This document shows positions 9,001 to 17,131 of a stretch of DNA of 64,000 bases, one piece after another. Made by a program: the position numbers and the translations under genes. This DNA comes from Candidatus Latescibacterota bacterium (GTDB taxonomy: Bacteria > Latescibacterota > UBA2968 > UBA8231), in the NCBI GenBank assembly GCA_964291625.2, contig OZ220089.1, positions 2,944,001 through 3,008,000 on the forward strand. The letters are read 5' to 3'. Under the pieces are notes generated by a model that did no database searches, was not told the origin of the DNA, and worked only from the letters and a program-made list of their open reading frames with translations. Within the stretch, counting starts at the first letter, position 1. Every line of letters starts with the position of its first letter.

Positions 9001-9888
9001 GTGGCCAGGTACAGCTTGACAGCAGGGCTCTTCTCCCTGGACGAGAAGGGCGAAGCAAGGGATCTCGCGGCAACCCTCGAGGCGATCGCCGCCGCCGGCT
9101 TCGGCGAGGTGGAGCTGATGGCCGAAGGCGCGGAGTGGGAGAAGCCGGGGGCCCACGACCCGGGACCGTGCCGCGAAGCCCTGGAGCGAACGGGGATCTA
9201 TCCGCACACGATCCACACCCCCCTGACAAACGCGAACCTGGCGAGCTCGATCGAGGCGATCCGGCACGACAGCATCGCGCGCATCGCCGACGCCATGCGG
9301 TATCTCGGGGAGGTCGGCGGACGGACCGCCATCGTCCACCCGACGGGCCACCCCACTCCCGAGGAGGAGCCGTATGCGTTGGAGAACAGGGGGGCGGTGA
9401 TGGAGCGCAGCCACCGCTCCGTGAGCGAGCTGGTGGCGGTTGCCGAGGAGACCGGGGTCCGCATGGCCCTGGAGAACCTGGGGAGCAAGACGAGGAACCC
9501 CTTCCGTCCCCTGTCGTCGATGGCGGAACTCCGCGCCTTCATCGCCGGCTTTCCCCCCGAGCACGTGGGGCTCTGTCTGGACACGGGGCACGCCTGCATC
9601 AGCGGCCTCGATCCGGCCGAGCAGGCGCGCATCGCCTCGGAGAGGCTCTGTGCCCTGCACATACAGGACGTCGATGGCCTGGAAGACTGCCACTGGGTCC
9701 CGGGGCGCGGCGTCATCGACTGGTCCGCCGTGGGGGAGGCCCTTGCGGCGATCGGCTTCGACGGTGCGTGGACGATGGAGGCGATGACGTCGAGCACGGA
9801 GGCGACGGCGGAACAGGTCGCCGCCGAGTGCAAGGCCTTGTCCGAGCGCTGGGAGGCCGAAGGAATGTCGAATCCCGGGAAGAGCTGA
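9001..9888 (+). CDS. Sugar phosphate isomerase/epimerase (xylose isomerase-like TIM barrel)
   Basis: ALENL, LCLDTGHA, LHIQD, HWVPGRGVIDW motifs; AGGAGG RBS before GTG. Confidence 0.9.
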   Translation: MARYSLTAGLFSLDEKGEARDLAATLEAIAAAGFGEVELMAEGAEWEKPGAHDPGPCREALERTGIYPHTIHTPLTNANLASSIEAIRHDSIARIADAMRYLGEVGGRTAIVHPTGHPTPEEEPYALENRGAVMERSHRSVSELVAVAEETGVRMALENLGSKTRNPFRPLSSMAELRAFIAGFPPEHVGLCLDTGHACISGLDPAEQARIASERLCALHIQDVDGLEDCHWVPGRGVIDWSAVGEALAAIGFDGAWTMEAMTSSTEATAEQVAAECKALSERWEAEGMSNPGKS

Positions 9889-9953
9889 CGCGTCCGCCCG
9901 GGCGGAGGTCGCCTGCGACCTGGCGCAGGCCCGCCGGACCGAGAGCTCAGGCA

Positions 9954-11861
9954 CTACAGCCGCATCGCGATCTGGTCGAGGAGCAGCAGGACGCCCAGGG
10001 GCAGGAAGTCGCCGAGGATCAGCCCCAGGAAGAAGGGCCGCATCCGGGTGAAGAGGCGGGGGCCGCCGTAGTTGAGGATGATCGTCTTCAGCAGCCAGGC
10101 CACCAGCACGGTGAAGAACATCTTGTGGATCACCAGGCTGATGGGGAAGCCGATGGGGTGCAGGGGCCACCAGACGAGCTGCTGGCGCAGGAGCATGAGC
10201 CCGCCCATGATGCTGCCGCCGATGGCCATGTAGCCCCAGTACTCCCACTTCGGCCCCACGGAGGAGCGCACCCGCGCCAGGGCGTCCTGCCACGGATACT
10301 GCGTCTGCTCGAGGAAGTAGTGGGAGGTGTTCAGCCCGCCGTGCTCGTAGGCGATGCTCAGCATCACCCAGGCGGAACCGCCCATCGAGACGACCAGGGC
10401 CACCACCATGCTGGGGAAGATCAGCCGCCGTCCCTTCTTCACGTGCTCCTCGACGATCTTGAGCCCGTTGGAGCAGGAGACCATGACGAAGGTGATGATG
10501 TCGCTGGCCCACATGTAGGTGAGGGAGAGGGCGGCGATGCCGGTCAGCCCCAGGGCCCGGGTGCCGATCCCCCCGATGACCACGTCGGAGGCCACCATGG
10601 GGGTCACCAGGTAGGGCAGTCCTCCCTCGGAGATGATGCGGGTGATGCCGAGGAAGAGGACGAAGGCGAGGAAGAGGAAGACCACCGTGATCCACGCCGG
10701 CATCCCCGCCTGCCACAGCCAGAAGCACATGAAGCCCAGGCAGCCCAGCAGGAGCAGCACCGCCCCCCGGTAGGACAGGATCTCGTCGCCGTCGTCCATC
10801 CGCGGGCCCCGGCCGAAGGCATGGGCGAAGACCCTGCGGATGTGGCGGCGGCCGTTCCACAGGGCGAAGAGGGCGAGGACGAGGAAGGCTCCGAAGCCCT
10901 GGTGGGAGGCGATCGTGCCGCCCTGGGACCAGGGGCTGAAGAGGGGATCGATGCGCTCCACCCCGAGGGAGATCATCGCCGCTTCCTGGGCGAAGTTGAT
11001 GATGGCGAAGACCCAGAAGCCGAGGGAGACCTCGCGCCGCACCAGGTAGGTGAAGCCGATCATCATGAAGTTGATGCCGATGCGCAGGCGCAGCTGGTCC
11101 TCGAAGAAGTGGAGGTAGTAGCCGCCCACGGGGATGATCGGCAGGAACCAGAAGTGGCGGTTGACGCCGTTGTAGCACTGGATGAAGAAGGGGATGGCGA
11201 AGCCGAGCCAGAACAGCCAGCTCTTGAAGAGGGGCTTGATCAGCCCCGGGCGGTCTCCGTCGTCGATCATGGAGATCGGCAGCTGGGTCATGGGGAAGAT
11301 CAGGCGCTCGTGGTGGACCCACTGCCTCCGCAGGATGATCATGATGGCGATCATTCCCAGGTGCACGGAGAGGGCGAGGGGCAGCCAGTGGAGCAGGGGC
11401 GGCAGCCACAGTCCCCAGGGCACGCCCCCCCCGGGGGCGCCCTCGTAGAAGTCCTTGATCTCGCCGAACTCCTTGGTGGGGATCGCCCATTCGGGGATCA
11501 GGGGCAGCACCTCGTAGCCCCAGTTGTTCTCCGGACTGGCGTAGTAGACGGCGGAGGTCAGGATCGGCAGCAGGTAGGAGACGATGCCGCAGGTAGCCAC
11601 CGCCGAGCCGATGATCCACATGACGTACATCTGCGCCAGCTCGGCGGGTGACAGCATCCACCGCCGGCGCAGGATACCGGTGAGCGGGTTGAAGACGAGG
11701 ATGACGGTGAAGAGGATGATCAGCGCGCCGGGCGTGTAGTACCAGCCGGTGAATCCCGACCGCTTGAGCATCATGTCGGTGTACTGGGAGCCCGCGCCCA
11801 CCAGCAGGCAACCGAGGGCGCCGAGGAACAGGGCCCTGTACGTCGGCCGCAGGGAGCTCAC
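9954..11861 (-). CDS. DUF6785/DUF6784-like polytopic membrane protein (putative transporter)
   Basis: ILRRQWVHHERLIFP, DDGDEILSYR, WWPLHPIGF, ILNYGG..MRPFFLGLILG; start overlaps stop of upstream GT gene. Confidence 0.75.
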   Translation of the reverse strand: MSSLRPTYRALFLGALGCLLVGAGSQYTDMMLKRSGFTGWYYTPGALIILFTVILVFNPLTGILRRRWMLSPAELAQMYVMWIIGSAVATCGIVSYLLPILTSAVYYASPENNWGYEVLPLIPEWAIPTKEFGEIKDFYEGAPGGGVPWGLWLPPLLHWLPLALSVHLGMIAIMIILRRQWVHHERLIFPMTQLPISMIDDGDRPGLIKPLFKSWLFWLGFAIPFFIQCYNGVNRHFWFLPIIPVGGYYLHFFEDQLRLRIGINFMMIGFTYLVRREVSLGFWVFAIINFAQEAAMISLGVERIDPLFSPWSQGGTIASHQGFGAFLVLALFALWNGRRHIRRVFAHAFGRGPRMDDGDEILSYRGAVLLLLGCLGFMCFWLWQAGMPAWITVVFLFLAFVLFLGITRIISEGGLPYLVTPMVASDVVIGGIGTRALGLTGIAALSLTYMWASDIITFVMVSCSNGLKIVEEHVKKGRRLIFPSMVVALVVSMGGSAWVMLSIAYEHGGLNTSHYFLEQTQYPWQDALARVRSSVGPKWEYWGYMAIGGSIMGGLMLLRQQLVWWPLHPIGFPISLVIHKMFFTVLVAWLLKTIILNYGGPRLFTRMRPFFLGLILGDFLPLGVLLLLDQIAMRL

Positions 11862-13783
11862 GGGCGCCCCCCCGTGGCCGGCGGCGGTTCAGCGGCCACA
11901 CCCAGAAGCCGGTGGAGCTCCTCAACCTCGCGGCGGGCGGCGGGGTCCTCCCCGGCCTGACGCCGCAGCGCCTCTACGTGCGGCAGGGCCGCCTCGGGGT
12001 TTCCGCGCCTGATCTCCAGCCGCGCCAGCTGCCGGTGCAGGGGCAGCGCCGTCGGATCCAGCTCCAGGGCGCGTCGGTAGGCGCGGGCGGCCCCCTCCAG
12101 ATCGCCGACCTCGCGGCGGGACCAGGCCAGCCGCGCGTGGAAGACGGCGCGCTCCGGCTCATCGGCCGCCAGCCGCTCCAGGTGCAGGACCGCCGCGGCA
12201 TGATCGCCCATGTCCTGGCTCATGGCGGCCAGGCGGAAGCGGACGTCGGAGCGGTCGGGGTAGTGGTGCAGCAGGCGCTCCCAGGCCTCCGCCGCCCGGC
12301 GGATGTCGCCGCGCCGGGCGAGCAGGGCGCCGGCGTCGTGGAGGGCGATCTCGTGGTCCGGCTCCCGCTTCAGAGCCTCGTCGTAATGGCGGAGCGCGTT
12401 GGCCGGCAGGCCCTGCTCGGCGTAGGCCGACGCCAGGTAGAGGTGCTCCTGGCTGCCGCCCTCCATGTCCATGGCGGGGACGCCCGCGTTGAGGGCGAGC
12501 ACCAGGACGGCCGGCATGGCGAGCCCCAGGGCCAGCCGCCGCCCTCGCAGCCGGGACAGTCGCGTCACCCCGTACCCGGCGAAGAGCAGCAGGGAGGGGA
12601 CCGCCGGGAGCCGGTAGCGGCCGGTGACGAAGAACAGTACCACGGCTACCATGTAGGCGGCGGCGAACAGCAGCAGCAGGTCGGCGGCCGGCGACCTCGC
12701 CCGCGGGTTCCGCAGGTAGAGGACCAGCCCGGTCAGCGCGAGGGGCCCCACCAGGCCGAAGGGGAAGGCCAGCCCCCGTATCCACAGCAGCCCCTGCAGC
12801 AGCCAGGACCAGCTCCGGGCGAAGTAGGGGTCCAGGTTCCGGGGGATCTCGTCGCCGCGCCAGAACTGGTGGAGCTTGCGCAGCTGCAGGAGCAGGTAGC
12901 TCCCCGGATCGGCGGCGAGGTATTCCAGGGAGCGGCCGAAGAAGTACCTCGATGAGGCTCCCTTTTCAGTGATCCCCGCCTGACGCTCCGGCATGGCCGT
13001 CAGCTCCTGCCAGTCACGGCCAGGGCGGATTCTCGTCGTGCGGTCCGAGTCGGGGTTGTTGCCGAGGTAGAAGTTGATCCCCCCGTTGTAGGAGATCGGC
13101 ACCCACTCGCCCCCGACGATGCGGTTGCGAAGGGTGACCGGCGCGATCGCCAGGGCGACGCCGAGGACCAGGGCGCCGATGGCGGGGAGGGACGCCCGCG
13201 CCCGGAGCCGCGCCCACAGGAGGGCGATGGGCACGAAGAGAAGCACGCTGGGCACGTTCAGGGCGGCCAGGCCCAGGAGCAGACCTGCGGCCAGCCAGCG
13301 GCCGGGGGACCGGCCCCCGGCAGCCCACAGCAGGGCGGTCAGCGCCAGGGCGTTGAGGAAGACCGCCAGGGCGGCGGGCAGCAGCTCGCCCTCGAAGTAG
13401 AGGAAGGGGCCGTAGACGGCGGCGGCGCCGGCGGCGATCCAGCCCGCGGCGGGAGAGAAGGCGCGGCGGCCCAGGTGGAGGATCAGGAGGCAGACCGCCG
13501 TCCCGGAGATCGCCTGAAGGAGCCGGGGCAGGTGGTAGCCCTCGCCGAAGAGGGCGAAGGCCCCGGCGAGGAAGAAGGGGTACAGGGGCGGCTGCCAGAA
13601 CGGCTGAGGCGGACCGAGCCACTGGCCCTCGGCCAGGTGCAGAGCCGTGCGCACGTAGGTGCGGGCGTCGACGATGGGGTGGTAGAAAAGGGGGCTGTCA
13701 TCGGCCTGGAGCAGATAGACCAGCCGCACGGAGAGAGCCGCGAGGCCCAGCAGGCCCAGAGTGATCCAGTGCCGGCGTTTCAT
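11858..13783 (-). CDS. GT-C (GT39/PMT-like) membrane glycosyltransferase with C-terminal TPR repeats
   Basis: PIVDARTY acidic loop after TM1, QPPLYPFFLA, YGPFLYFEGELL, NGGINFYLGNN, RYRLP; ~5 TPR helical repeats. Confidence 0.8.
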   Translation of the reverse strand: MKRRHWITLGLLGLAALSVRLVYLLQADDSPLFYHPIVDARTYVRTALHLAEGQWLGPPQPFWQPPLYPFFLAGAFALFGEGYHLPRLLQAISGTAVCLLILHLGRRAFSPAAGWIAAGAAAVYGPFLYFEGELLPAALAVFLNALALTALLWAAGGRSPGRWLAAGLLLGLAALNVPSVLLFVPIALLWARLRARASLPAIGALVLGVALAIAPVTLRNRIVGGEWVPISYNGGINFYLGNNPDSDRTTRIRPGRDWQELTAMPERQAGITEKGASSRYFFGRSLEYLAADPGSYLLLQLRKLHQFWRGDEIPRNLDPYFARSWSWLLQGLLWIRGLAFPFGLVGPLALTGLVLYLRNPRARSPAADLLLLFAAAYMVAVVLFFVTGRYRLPAVPSLLLFAGYGVTRLSRLRGRRLALGLAMPAVLVLALNAGVPAMDMEGGSQEHLYLASAYAEQGLPANALRHYDEALKREPDHEIALHDAGALLARRGDIRRAAEAWERLLHHYPDRSDVRFRLAAMSQDMGDHAAAVLHLERLAADEPERAVFHARLAWSRREVGDLEGAARAYRRALELDPTALPLHRQLARLEIRRGNPEAALPHVEALRRQAGEDPAARREVEELHRLLGVAAEPPPATGGRP

Positions 13784-13795
13784 GGGCGATGTAAC

Positions 13796-13832
13796 AAAAA
13801 AACGCTGGACAGGTCGTCAGACCTGCCCAGCG
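13796..13832 (-). terminator. Intrinsic terminator downstream of 13867-14793
   Basis: 13 bp stem cgctgggcaggtc/gacctgtccagcg (one G-U pair), 4 nt loop, then T7 on the minus strand. Confidence 0.8.
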
Positions 13833-13866
13833 CGGGTCAAAAAGGAGACTTCTGAACTGCGAAGCC

Positions 13867-14793
13867 TCAGAACTGAGCCTTGATCCTGCCCCAGCTCTTC
13901 GACTCGACAGCCGTCGGGAAATTGATGGAGGGGTTGACGGGCTCCAGGAAGAAGTCGCCCTGGCCCAGCCACGTTCCCTCGCCGCCTGGCCTGGTGGACC
14001 ACGCGGGACCGCCGTGGGCGCCGTCAGGCAGGTTGCCGTCGTCGTCGGTGTTGAAGAAGGTGATGTGGATCGTCTGACCCTCGGTGAGCGAGGCGAGGGT
14101 GATCATGTCCGGAGACTTGTCCTCCGCGTCGAGTCCCCCGACCCAGTGGTCGATGGGCGCCACCCGGTGCTCGTAGTGGTAGGTGCTCTCGCCGAACTCC
14201 TCGCCTTCGAAGGTGTGTTCCAGGGTCCAGAACTCGCTGCCGCTGTCGAGCCAGTCGCACCCGACGCAGATGCCGATGACCATCCAGAATTCGCGGTCGG
14301 GCAGCTTTGGCAGGGCGTAGTTGAAGCCCCAGTAGGCGTTGATGTTCTCGCCGGCCAAGTCTCTCACTTCCTGCTCGGAGAGGTGCCGGATGGTGAAGAA
14401 GTACTCGCTGGCGTCGTCTTGGTACCAGTCCCACCCCGTGGGATCGGGGCGGTCGGTGTTATGGATGTCATCGTAGATGGAGTTGCAATAGTAGAGCTGC
14501 CCCGTGCTGGCGCTCCAGCCGACGCGGATGGTGGCATCGAAGGAGCTGGGGTCGGCGTCGCCCTTCTGGGTCCCTTCGGGCTGCCAGTCGTTGAAGGGAT
14601 AGAGATCGGCGTTGGTGATCCAGTACTGGTCGCCGGGGATGGCGTCCCAGTCGGAACAGTCACCGTCGATGGTGGGCTCGGCCCCGGCCGGGAACTGCAC
14701 CGTGTTCCTGACCTCATCCTCGGGGATGTGGGCGAAGACCGCCGTGGAAACGGCGAGAACGCCGACGACGATCATCTGCGCGCATCTGAACAT
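13867..14793 (-). CDS. Secreted acidic protein with CBM9/DOMON-like start and C-terminal TAVESKSWGRIKAQF motif
   Basis: Signal peptide (..STAVFA|H), PTIDGDCSDWDAIP, very Asp/Glu/Trp-rich; start set at ATG 14793 after AAGGAG RBS. Confidence 0.75.
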   Translation of the reverse strand: MFRCAQMIVVGVLAVSTAVFAHIPEDEVRNTVQFPAGAEPTIDGDCSDWDAIPGDQYWITNADLYPFNDWQPEGTQKGDADPSSFDATIRVGWSASTGQLYYCNSIYDDIHNTDRPDPTGWDWYQDDASEYFFTIRHLSEQEVRDLAGENINAYWGFNYALPKLPDREFWMVIGICVGCDWLDSGSEFWTLEHTFEGEEFGESTYHYEHRVAPIDHWVGGLDAEDKSPDMITLASLTEGQTIHITFFNTDDDGNLPDGAHGGPAWSTRPGGEGTWLGQGDFFLEPVNPSINFPTAVESKSWGRIKAQF

Positions 14794-14879
14794 GGTTCTC
14801 TCTCCTTGCAGTGGGAGAATGGGAAGGGATTCTACTGGCGCTCGGTGGCGCCGGAGGTTCGTGAGCCAGATAGAAGCCC

Positions 14880-14908
14880 AAGGTAACCAATCCCGGGCCA
14901 CCATACAA
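14880..14908 (-). promoter_or_regulatory. Putative sigma70-type promoter for 13867-14793
   Basis: Minus strand TTGTAT-17 nt-TACCTT in an AT-richer intergenic gap. Confidence 0.5.
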
Positions 14909-14946
14909 GAGAATAGTGGATCTCCCCGGGCCGGCCTCGGGAGGTC

Positions 14947-17115
14947 TCAATAGGCCAGAGAGAGGAGGCGGGTGGCCGTCCTGCGCCCCTCGTCACTCAT
15001 CAGCCGGACTTGGGCAAGGTATACCCCCGGCGCCGCCGGGCCGCCGGCATCGTCGCGGCCGTCCCAACGGTGGACGAAGTGGCCGCTGGCCATCGAGGCT
15101 TCCAGCCGCCGCACCAGGCGGCCGTCCAGGGTCAGGATCCGCACCTCCACGGGTCGCGCCTCGGTGAGGTCCCGCAGGTCGAAGGAGAGGATCGCCTCGT
15201 CGTTGATCCCGTCGCCGTTGGGCGTGAAGACGGCGGGCCGGATGTCGAGCCGCTGCAGCAGGCCGCCCCCGGTGGGGGTTCGCACCGAGAGGCCGTCGCC
15301 GACGAAACGGACGGTGGCGTTGCCGGGGGTGACGCTCTGCTTGAGGTCCGGCTCCCGGCTGTCGTAGACCCAGCCGCTGAACTCCGCCCCGAAGCGCAGG
15401 ACGCGGGCGCTGAACTCCACCTCGATCCGCTTCTCGCTGTCGCGCCCCGGATCCTCCAGCCGGTCGAAGGAGAGGAGGATGCGGTCTTCCAGGACCTCGG
15501 GCGGAAACCGCTCCATGACCTCCTCGCCGCCCACGCGCACCGAGGTCACCGCCAAGGCGGGCCCGCCCGTGAGAATCTCCAGGCGGTCGAAGCCGCGGTT
15601 GCCGTCGCGGAGGATCGGCTTGACCACGTAGGTGAAGGTGTGGGGCTCGAAGTCCTCCACCTCGATGGGCCAGATCTCGCCGATGACCTGGGAGGCCGCC
15701 GGCGACTCGGAGAACAGCAGGGACAGGTCGTGGAGTACGGGTGTCCGGTCCCTGGCGGCCGTCAGCACGATCTCGAACTGGAGATAGCGGGTCGGTCCGG
15801 GGGAAATCAGCGGGGTGCCGTGCGACCAAGAAGCGGCGGGGTCCTCACCGCGCTCGCCCGCGGCCAGGTCGTAGGTGGCGGACCAGAAGCTCCAGTTCTC
15901 CAGGTCGATGACGCGCTTGACCTCTCCCGAGGTGATGTCCTGCTGAAAGCTGAGCCAGTCGATGGGCTGGTACCGCCCGCTGACGCCGCGCCGCAGGAAG
16001 ATGTCGGGGCTCGGGGTGTTCCCGGTGCGGGTACGCAATTCGATGGAAGTGCCGGGGGGGCGTTCCGACCTCCAGCGGATCTTGCTCCAAGAGACCGGCT
16101 GGCCGAAGTCCAGGATCTGCGAGCGGTAGACGGAGCGGCGCACGTATCCCTCGCCGTAGATCTCGATCTCCGCCAGCTCCCAGGTCCGTTCCGGGATGTA
16201 GGGGCGCACCGAGACGAAGCGCTCGTGGCGCACGGGGAACCGGAGATCGATCACCGGATCCAGGTTCTCCCGGGTCTGGATCAGGGCGTCGAAGTTGGGG
16301 TCGGTCCCGGCCGAATCGACGTATCCGGTGGTCTCGGAATACCGCTTGAACTGCCCCTGGCCTGGGCGCTGCCCGCCGCCCGTGCTGCCGGGAAACTCCT
16401 TGATCGGAGCGTCGTTGTCGGTCACCGCGATCTCGTACCACTCGAGGTAGTTGTCGGCGAAGCTGGTCTCCCCGAACAGCTCCGGGTCGGGCTTCGGCTC
16501 CGCCATGGCGGCGATGGCCGCGGCGTCGTCGACGCGGCCCAGCCGCGGGTAGACGCGGATCCGGTTGATCGGCGTCTGCTTGCCCAGGTTGATGATCACC
16601 GCCGAGGCCTGGGCCCCCAGGTACACCCCGCCGCGGACCAGGGGCTCCGCCAGGAGGGGGTTGTCCTCGAGCAGCATCAGGCGCGCGGTGGTGGGGTCCT
16701 CGTCGAGGGCCAGCAGCAGATCCCCGGTGGGGTAGCGCTGGGTGTTGTGCCCTTGGTAGATGCTGCCCCCCCGCCCGAAGAGGACGCTGTCCCGGGCGAG
16801 GTTCACCATGGGATCGATCCATTCCGCCCGGAGCATGCCGCCCTCCATGTCGGGCCAGTCGGGCCCCCGGTAGTTGTACTCGAGGAGGAAGGTCCCCCCC
16901 CCCTCTTCCTCGATGGACCTCACCGGGTGCTCCCGGAGCACGTTGCCGGCGGAGTCCACGGCCACGTAGGCTCCTGCGGGGCCATCCTCCTCGGGGACGG
17001 CGAAGAGTTGCCAGTCGTTCGCTCCGGATCCCAGGTGGAATTCGGCACGCGCCCAGAGGGTGCCGGCCAAGGAGAGCAGCAGGGCGGCGGCGGTGAATCC
17101 GATGCGGTTGATCAT
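14947..17115 (-). CDS. Secreted protein with C-terminal FlgD-Ig / gliding-motility-associated CTD-like domain
   Basis: Signal peptide; RTRTG..NWSFWS..SPGP.RYLQF core; PAVFTPNGDGINDE..WDGRDDAG..APGVYL, ends LSLAY. Confidence 0.8.
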   Translation of the reverse strand: MINRIGFTAAALLLSLAGTLWARAEFHLGSGANDWQLFAVPEEDGPAGAYVAVDSAGNVLREHPVRSIEEEGGGTFLLEYNYRGPDWPDMEGGMLRAEWIDPMVNLARDSVLFGRGGSIYQGHNTQRYPTGDLLLALDEDPTTARLMLLEDNPLLAEPLVRGGVYLGAQASAVIINLGKQTPINRIRVYPRLGRVDDAAAIAAMAEPKPDPELFGETSFADNYLEWYEIAVTDNDAPIKEFPGSTGGGQRPGQGQFKRYSETTGYVDSAGTDPNFDALIQTRENLDPVIDLRFPVRHERFVSVRPYIPERTWELAEIEIYGEGYVRRSVYRSQILDFGQPVSWSKIRWRSERPPGTSIELRTRTGNTPSPDIFLRRGVSGRYQPIDWLSFQQDITSGEVKRVIDLENWSFWSATYDLAAGERGEDPAASWSHGTPLISPGPTRYLQFEIVLTAARDRTPVLHDLSLLFSESPAASQVIGEIWPIEVEDFEPHTFTYVVKPILRDGNRGFDRLEILTGGPALAVTSVRVGGEEVMERFPPEVLEDRILLSFDRLEDPGRDSEKRIEVEFSARVLRFGAEFSGWVYDSREPDLKQSVTPGNATVRFVGDGLSVRTPTGGGLLQRLDIRPAVFTPNGDGINDEAILSFDLRDLTEARPVEVRILTLDGRLVRRLEASMASGHFVHRWDGRDDAGGPAAPGVYLAQVRLMSDEGRRTATRLLSLAY

Positions 17116-17131
17116 GGTTTCAGGCCCCTCG

